Of a DNA stretch of 46,351 nt, positions 38,735 to 46,351 are shown one piece after another. Source of the stretch: Trypethelium eluteriae. Lineage: Eukaryota. The DNA lies in NCBI GenBank assembly GCA_051942245.1, contig JAVECL010000133.1:1-46351 (forward strand). Direction: 5' to 3'. A program made the position numbers and the translations under genes. The notes below the pieces were generated by a model. That model saw only the letters and a list, made by a program, of their open reading frames with translations, searched no databases and was not told the origin of the DNA. The number at the start of each line of letters is the position of its first letter. Position 1 is the stretch's first letter.

Positions 38735-40255
38735 CTAGGCTATCTCACGTGTGACGTTTTCAACAAGGTTATCAGCATTCATGCTCATTGCAGTGTTCTT
38801 CACCCTTTTCGCCCACGGAGGTTCACCATCGTCATCAAATTCGGCGAATTGGAAGTAGGTGCATCTGGACAGCTGTCAACCTATGCTACCCTGTCATGTC
38901 CATGCAGAATGATATGTACTCACCCTTCCTGTCCAGGCGTATATGAAGCATGGCACATCCACATCTTCGTAAGCATCAGCAAAACTGGGCCGTTGGCATG
39001 AACGGAGAACAAAGTTTCAAGGGAGAAACAAAATCGACTCGCTTACATATCGACCCCTATTCTCCTTTTTCTTCTGCACACACCTCAACACCGCCGGGAT
39101 GTTGCACCGACACTTAGGCGTCCACTGCGGATTGAGATGCTCCTTGTAGCACCGATACGTGACATTGATCCTCTTGCTCCCCGCCACCGGATGCGGATCG
39201 ATCGCCTGGCTCGGCGCAATGCTGTGCTTCCACTCCTCCTGCATCTCGGCGTGCATGACGAGCAGCGAGTTGTGCGGCAGATGAATGGCAATTTGACCTT
39301 CCGCGTCCGCCCGACTGGCATGGCCGCCGTCGAGGTGGGACTCGTCGTCTCGAGCGACGATGCGCCGGACGCGAAACTCGCGCGCGACGCCGAGCGAGAG
39401 ACTGCCGATGATGGCGCGGGGGCCAATGTAGGTGAGTTGGTCGGAATGGTAGCCGACGTTTTCGCCTGGGCCGTCGTAACAGTTGACGAAGGAGGCATTG
39501 GACCTCCATTCGTGGGGCGATTGATATTTCAGTTTCTTGCCGTCGGGATAATGGTCTCGGATGCGTCTTTGAATTTCCTTGTTCACTGCGTCTTGGACGA
39601 TGGCCGCAACGCGTCGCATTTCCGGCAGCGACCTTCGGACATCTTCGATTCTGCTTCCGTTGTAGACGTAGTCGGTCTTTTGGGCTTGCTCCTCTTCCAA
39701 GCTGTCGACGTAGAATGCCATTGTATGCGGGCTGCTGACTTCCCGCTCAAAGAGTTTGAATGTCGCCTTGCGAAAACTGGGGGCTTCCCCGAGTAGTTCC
39801 CGGAGAATGGCATCGGCCTGGGTCGTGGGAAGAAAATTGTGGACGATTGAGCATGGTGTGTAATTTTCGATGTCTTCCGGCGCAAACAAATGCAAAGTCT
39901 TGCCGTTCTTTGTAAGGTGTCTCTTTTTGTTCGGTGATATGGACTTGGAATCTCGAGGAAGAGTGAATGAAGTTAGAGAAGATTGATAACCTATCGTGTC
40001 CTTTCGTGGTGGTCTTGGTAGGTCACTTGGTAGACCACTTGGTGCAAGTGATTTCGACGCTTCTTCTACGGATCCGTCTGCAGACAAGAGAGCCTCTAAG
40101 AGAATTTGTTGATCTACAGATGGGTATAATGACGTCAGGATAGCCAGTTTGAAATCGGTGGAATCATTGTCATCGTCCACCGGAGGGTCCGCTCTTTCTA
40201 TAATTGCTTGGTCTCCTGAGACCCGTCGACGTTTTCTTGATACGAATGTATCCAT
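38735..40255 (-). CDS. AlkB-family 2OG-Fe(II) dioxygenase with N-terminal CUE-like domain and C-terminal GRF-type zinc finger
   Basis: Exons 40255-39047, 38964-38924, 38864-38735. NCY...VGYHSD (HxD), SLSLG, WKHSI, RINVTYR; zinc finger PKCRCNIP...NRGRYMWMC...GCTYFQF. Confidence 0.9.
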
Positions 40256-40944
40256 GATTCTGACTCATGATGGGCTCATTGTATCGATTGAATGGTTAGA
40301 CAAGAACCGAGAGCTTCGCTGTGGAATGGAAAGGAGAGATGAGACAATTCTGGAAATTCTTCGATAGATTGAAAGCCTGATCACTTGCGTTAACCCTGGA
40401 GGATTAAGAGGACCTTATGATGCTGTTCGTGTCAAGGCAATAACCCATGAGCCGACTTTAGTGGCAGTTTAGGACAATCTAGTCTAGGTATCATCATCCG
40501 CTTTAGGAATATTGCCGAAATGGGTTAGTCCTGGCATTTGAGGCTCAGAAGAAAGACAATCACATCTCGCTTGTTCTTGTTTGATCTTTCCGGTATTGAG
40601 CCTCAGCTCGATACCGAATTCTAGTGAGATTTATACATAAGGTACTGCGCGAGAACAATGATTTTTGGCTTGGGATTACGAAATAGCCTTTTTGTGCATA
40701 CGCTAGCTAGATGCCCCACTTCGACTTTCGGCCTCGGTCTCGTCCTTCCTCCACACTTTGCTCATTCTCGGCTTCAGCATTTATCATTGGACTGGTAGAG
40801 ATAGAGTCATGAAGTGCCTTTCTCGGTTACGAACAACGAGGGCTCACCTGCGTCTGCACCGGTGAACTCAGCGAAATATGGGTATGGGCTGAACCGCGCA
40901 GGACATTCTGACGTGTCCAGCACACGCTCGAACCTCAACGAAAA

Positions 40945-42055
40945 ATGCTAGAATTCAATACTCAGCCCTTCAACGGATACGGGGTCAAGTACTCGCCATA
41001 CTTCGACTCTCGCATTGCTGTCGCAGCTTCTGCGAATTTTGGTCTGGTCGGAAATGGGAGATTGTATATATTAGGGCTGACGCCTAACGGTATCGTAGCA
41101 GAGAAATGGTAAAGCGTTTTCTGGGTATTGGAAACAAATTTAAAACTGGCATTGACTGACACAGGCCAGGTTTGATACTCAAGATGGTCTCTTCGACCTA
41201 ACATGGTCCGAAGCTCACGAAAACCAAATCCTTACCGCTAGTGGTGACGGAAGTGTCAAGCTCTTTGACATCTCCCTTCCCGAATTTCCCATCGCCTCCT
41301 GGTCTGAACATGCTCGAGAGGTTTTCTCAGTCCACTGGAATCTTGTCTCCAAAGAGACTTTCCTATCGTCTTCTTGGGACGGATGTATCAAGATATGGAA
41401 TCCGACCGCCGAATCCTCCATTGCGACGCTTCCCACCCACAGCTGCACCTACTCTGCGCAATTCAGTCCATTCAGTCCAAGCGTACTGAGCGCTGTGAGC
41501 AGTGATAGTCATCTGCGCTTATTTGACCTTCGTACACCCGCGAGCGCAAGCAACCATCTTGTCCTCGCTCTTCCGATTCACGCGCCCCCAAAAGCCGGGC
41601 CTGGTATCGCTCCCGCTCAGGGTGTACCGCCAAGTGAAGCATTGACGCATGACTGGAACAAGTATCGGGATGGCGTTATAGCAACTGCAGGTGTCGACCG
41701 TGCGATCCGAGTCTTCGACATTCGAGCTCCGGGACAAGGGCCCAGAGCTGTCATGCAAGGGCACGATTACGCCGTCAGGAGGATCAGCTGGAGTCCGCAC
41801 TTGCCGGATTTGCTGTTGAGCGCCAGCTATGATATGACGTGTCGTATATGGACGGATGGCAGCAACGAGGAGGCTCTGGCTGGGGGAGAGCCACTCTCAT
41901 TCGGCGGAGGAAAGGAGATGGGCAGAATGGGGAACCATACGGAATTCGTGACAGGGGTTGACTGGTGTTTGTTCGGGGCGGAAGGTTGGTGTGCGAGTAC
42001 TGGCTGGGACTCTCGGCTGATGGTCTGGGATGTCAGAGCGTTCATGGGCAGCTAA
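40945..42055 (+). CDS. PEX7: Peroxisomal PTS2 receptor Pex7 (WD40)
   Basis: Exons 40945-41108 and 41170-42055. FNGYGVKYSPYFDSRIAVAASANFGLVGNGRLYIL, HDWNKY, SASYDMTCRIW, HTEFVTGVDW. Confidence 0.96.
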
Positions 42056-42450
42056 ACAATTGTTTAGCCATAATCAATGTATATGTCTTCTTGCATTGTA
42101 GCGCTGCTATTGAGGAGAATATCTGCGTCGCCATGCCGTTCACGTTGGCATCGTGGCTGACCAAGAGAAGTGAATGAACAGGTCTTCCAGATTTAGGAGG
42201 AACACCTCAGGACCATAGACTGATAGTCTTCAAAGATTCGTGGGACAGCAAGGCGATCTGTTGAAGCAGCCTTCCTGTTCTCAGCTGTGACAGTCCATGA
42301 TCAGGCTCTCGGTCATAGCTTTGTACCTCGGTAATGTCTGAAGTTTACTAACTATTCACGATGTTGAGGCGACAAATTCCAGTATCCCCAAGCTTGTTCT
42401 ATGGCATATTGAAAGTAGATTTTACTAGACTCAAAACGGAGAATTTCGAT

Positions 42451-43093
42451 ATGCCCCTTTACGACGTCGAATATGTCACTCCGCTTACGGATCAAACCCA
42501 AGAGCAGCTGGCTAAGGTGATCACACGGATTCATGCAGAAAGATTTGGAACACCATCATATTTTATTAATGTTCGCTATTCCGACGTCACGCCTCAAAAG
42601 GCAAGTGAATGTCTATTTCTGCTTATCGTGTTGTGGCCGCTACTAAACCTCGCAGGTATTTCGTGGAGGTATCCTTAGGAAGTACAATCGCATAATTTTA
42701 AGATGTCGGTCTGGAGAAAACAGATCTATCGAGTTGTACAACGATCATTGTAGCGCAATTGTCAGGACATGGGAGCAGATTGTAGGAAAGGGGCCAGAAC
42801 AGGAACTGAGAGCAGTCTGGATAGAATCGTGCCTGACAACAGCTCTGGAGTCCGGCTTTTTCAGGCCTCAGGTAAGCGCACCTCGTCTTTTCGAGCGAGA
42901 CAGAGATTGATATTTTGACACCGACCAGGCTGGAGAGGAGAAGAAGTGGTTACAAGCGCACTGGAGCGAGTTCCAAGCCCTTGCTAACGACGGGGACGAA
43001 GATATGAAGGGGCTTATGGAAGAGCTAAGGACCAGAGCAGACTTTGCTGATATCAGTATCACTAAGAACAAAGAGTCGAGCTGGATGGCATAA
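42451..43093 (+). CDS. Tautomerase-superfamily protein (N-terminal Pro-1, cis-CaaD/MIF-like)
   Basis: Exons 42451-42600, 42656-42871, 42929-43093; first intron is GC-AG. MPLYDVEY...LAKVITRIHAERFGTPSYFINVRY...ESGFFRPQAGEEKKWL. Confidence 0.8.
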
Positions 43094-43615
43094 GACGAGA
43101 CCATGTGTCGGTCGGTATATGTGAATATTATACCTTAGGTAGCTGTAGATAGACGAGATGAGACAAAGGGAAAAGCAATTATCTCACCAGGTACCTACAA
43201 GTAGCCACACTACCACCCCACGATAGTGGAGGTGGGTGCGGATACTGTGGGGTACGGGGTGGTGGGGTGTTGTGATAAGAGAGGATGAAAAGGTGAAAGC
43301 TTAACGGAGTCCCGGACTCCGTGTAGCTGCGCCGAAGCTTTCGGAGCCAACGACCTTTTCGCCAACCTCAGCCTCATGATTATTTCTGCTGACAAGAGAC
43401 TTGCTTTTGGTGTGGTCACCGACGGGTAAATGCGACATGGTGGCCGAGAAAGTTCCCTTCTACCACTTCGTCATTGCTCTTTCTCAACTCTACTTCCCCC
43501 CATACGCGAACAATTAAGGATTACATTCTGTTTCGATCAACGCGGCCTTTCGATTAATTCTCCTACTAAAGGTCGGACAAGAGTTGGACACTGATTCTTC
43601 CTCCCAAAGCACGTT

Positions 43616-44374
43616 ATGAATGGAATACCCGACACTAGAAACCGTATCCTCTGCTTGCATGGCGGCGGCGTGACTGGCGCGATCTTCAAAGCACAAGCCC
43701 GTTCCATCATCAAAGCGCTTCCCGAGTTTCGCTTCATCTTCGCAGATGGACCCTACTTTTGCGATCCTCACGCAGCTATCATACCAGTATATCAGGATTG
43801 GGGTCCTTTCCGAAGATGGCTCCGTTGGCTACCAGAACACCCGGCGACGGATGCTGAAAGCGCTGTGGAAGAAATAAAATACGCATTAGAAACATGCGCG
43901 AATAGCGACGAAGGAACTGGACCAATCGTAGGACTGATGGGCTTCTCCCAAGGTGCCAAACTTGCAGCCAGTCTACTATACGAGCAGGAAGCGCAGATGA
44001 AGGCTACTGGATCAGCATCTACACAGTATCAATTTGCCGTGCTGCTGGCAGGACGGTGCCCCCTGGTGTCTATGAGCTCTCTGACTGAATCTCCCGGGCT
44101 TGTATCTGCTGGAGACGTGTCAGAAGGATTCGACACATCGAAAAACGACCGCTCTCATATACTCTCATTACCGTCGGTACACGTCCACGGCTTGAACGAT
44201 GTGGGACTCCACCTGCACAGAAAATTGCTCCACGAGTATTGCGATCCCGCCTCTACCAGACTCGTTGAATGGGATGGTGAACACCGGGTGCCAATCAAAC
44301 AAAAAGACGTACAGAAGATCGTTGATGCCGTTAGAGATGTGGTAGAGACTCAGACGACCATTACAGCGCAATAA
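43616..44374 (+). CDS. FSH1/DUF341 serine hydrolase (CtnB/LovG-like esterase)
   Basis: Single exon. RILCLHGGG, nucleophile GFSQG, HVHGLND and EWDGEHRVP give a Ser-Asp-His triad. Confidence 0.92.
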   Translation: MNGIPDTRNRILCLHGGGVTGAIFKAQARSIIKALPEFRFIFADGPYFCDPHAAIIPVYQDWGPFRRWLRWLPEHPATDAESAVEEIKYALETCANSDEGTGPIVGLMGFSQGAKLAASLLYEQEAQMKATGSASTQYQFAVLLAGRCPLVSMSSLTESPGLVSAGDVSEGFDTSKNDRSHILSLPSVHVHGLNDVGLHLHRKLLHEYCDPASTRLVEWDGEHRVPIKQKDVQKIVDAVRDVVETQTTITAQ

Positions 44375-45658
44375 ACAGCGAAACACATGCTGCTAAACTT
44401 CTCTACCGCAGCCGATATTGCCACCAAGGCCACCCTCATAGAGATCTATGAGATCCTGCAGTCAGTCTCTGGCCGAATAAAGGTCAACTCGGACTATGGC
44501 AATGGACGTGTTTTGAGACTTCTCGGCCAGGCATTCTGGGTCCCTTCGTACCTTATCACTAACGGAGTATAATTCATAACGATATGGGAATATAGATGGC
44601 TTTTATAGACACGCTGAAATAAATCCCCTTTGAAGCATTGGAGGATAGAATGGTAGCAATGTATATCTGAATTTTGTTGTTGGCATGCAAAGGCTGGGCT
44701 GTCAATTCAAACAGAGGAACCCCCATACAACACAAGGGCTTTGATCTCATGCCCTGACATAATTTTTCGGTTCGACCAATTGATAAAAAGCCATAAGTAC
44801 GGCGTTCTCAGTGAGGTTCAAGTCGTGGACATACAATGGCTACAAATATAATCGTATCATTATTCCGACAGCCTTCAAAACGGCCCCAAACGACGATGTA
44901 CGACCTCGAGCTGTTTAGAGTTATGTCAAAAACGTGCTTGTCAGGCGAGGAGGTTCATAGGCTGCTCATTCACATGCCCAATCACTCTCGCGCACATTGG
45001 GGCATGTCGTAGATTTACAGTTTGTCCGACGGAGGAATTGTGATAAGGACCATGGCGTTGTGATAGAAATGGTCAGGATATCCTGGCACCTTACAAAAAT
45101 GGCAATACGAGTGATAGCAGAAGTTTCAACATGGGCTTCTAGCAAAACAGAAATGCGAAGCCAATGCGTAGCCAAGCAAGATCTGCATTTGGCCAGGCTT
45201 TGAATGCCGTCAGGATTCACAATTGGAGTGTTGGAGCAGGATGATAAAACGCGGTGGCTGCTTAACGCGTCAGGGTTCGCGTCGAATTTTAGCCAATGAA
45301 CCCACCAATCCCGCCCGTGCCAAGTTTAGGTGCTCCGCAACCGCCCATCTGCCGTGCAAACTTGGATAAACTCATTCTAGATTTATGTGCCTGTGCCTGT
45401 GCCTATGCCTCATGTGTGCCGTTTGCTGCCGCTGCACAAAGTTATCGTCAAATTATACCATTTGTTAAGGTACTGCATCTCGATCTTTGTCAGGCCGGCG
45501 GCACTGGGACCAGCCCCAACCCTTCGCTCTGCCTCCCTTTGCAGCTGCCTTTTAACCTGCTCCTCTCCCATCGAGATCGATGCTAAGATCGGTACGCTCA
45601 ATATCGAAACTGCTATTCAACTCCTGACTCAGCCAACCATCGTCCGTTCCCCGCTACT

Positions 45659-46351
45659 ATGAGTTGCTCCTACATCAGCCCCTCCCTTGATGGTTCTACT
45701 ACGTCCTCGACCCACTACTTCCACCAAATGGATCATGTTGAGCAAGCCGGCGATGTCGCTAATAAAGTTCTCAAGCGGGCTCAGGTGTCAAAGGTCGACT
45801 CAATGCCCTTGCCTCTAGTCTTTAATTTTGAGCTAACAATTCCACAGATGACCCGAGCACTCCAAGACCGCCTCGCCCTTGCCAATCTGAAGGTCAAGAA
45901 TGGATGGGAGCACCTCAGCATCGAGAAGATTGAGGAAAAAGAGCTTAAGAGGAAGCGTCCAACATCGAGCAACGACACCCTATCCGACTCCTCTTCTAGT
46001 GTTTCGGATCGCTTCCACTTCAGCTCCTCGCCCCTCACTGCACCCATGTTCTCCGATGGTCTTACCGGATCGGGGGGAAGTATGTACGGACAGACGAAAC
46101 GCTCGAAATACCAACAACAAATTCAGCGTCCAGCTTCCGCATCTTATGGACGCAGAAGACTTCGCTCGGCAAATCACACGAAGCCTTCGTGGAAAAGCAC
46201 GTTCCAACTACCTGAATCTTCGCCTGTCAAACACAACCGCTACGACCCACCCAAATCCTCAAAAGTATCCAACTTCTCCTTTGTATCAAATTCCTCTACG
46301 ATACCCGACGAACTATCCCCATCAATCTCGGACGACGATGATGAGCAGGAC
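45659..46351 (+). CDS. Whi5/Nrm1-like G1/S transcriptional repressor, 3'-truncated by window
   Basis: ATG at 45659 (or 45728), probable 63-nt intron 45785-45847 with GCTAAC branch. GTB-like motif ALQDRLALANLKVKNGWEHLSIEKIE followed by an SP-rich region open to the window end. Confidence 0.75.
   Translation, partial: MSCSYISPSLDGSTTSSTHYFHQMDHVEQAGDVANKVLKRAQVSKVDSMPLPLVFNFELTIPQMTRALQDRLALANLKVKNGWEHLSIEKIEEKELKRKRPTSSNDTLSDSSSSVSDRFHFSSSPLTAPMFSDGLTGSGGSMYGQTKRSKYQQQIQRPASASYGRRRLRSANHTKPSWKSTFQLPESSPVKHNRYDPPKSSKVSNFSFVSNSSTIPDELSPSISDDDDEQD

Noticed and set aside
40878..40944. Possible 5' intron and N-terminal extension of PEX7
   Set aside because: The putative intron is only ~39 nt and gives no in-frame upstream ATG. 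The conserved Pex7 start is at 40945.

Overview
Gene-dense, intron-containing window from a filamentous ascomycete (Pezizomycotina; finer placement is not determinable here). I assembled 18 protein genes by hand from splice signals. In order: an RGG-tailed ABC-class ATPase (PF09818/MRB1590-like), an SSXT/Snf11-like protein, RPL27, CAP20/perilipin, a GRE2-like reductase, RPN6, SOF1, the divergent galactofuranose pair ugmA/glfA + ugtA/glfB, a ~2,300-aa repeat/coiled-coil protein, cytochrome b561, a TBC Rab-GAP, a Pro/Gln-rich (Bop3-like) protein, a CUE-AlkB-GRF dioxygenase, PEX7, a Pro-1 tautomerase, an FSH1 hydrolase and a truncated Whi5-like gene. Non-coding highlights are two copies of a ~170-bp fully fold-back MITE with TA target duplication (1-138, 32640-32809), a long, strongly base-paired intron in the TBC gene, and recurrent C-rich-to-G-rich skew switches inside genes. 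I recognised no rRNA, tRNA or CRISPR. Family calls come from motifs recognised by eye, not from database searches.
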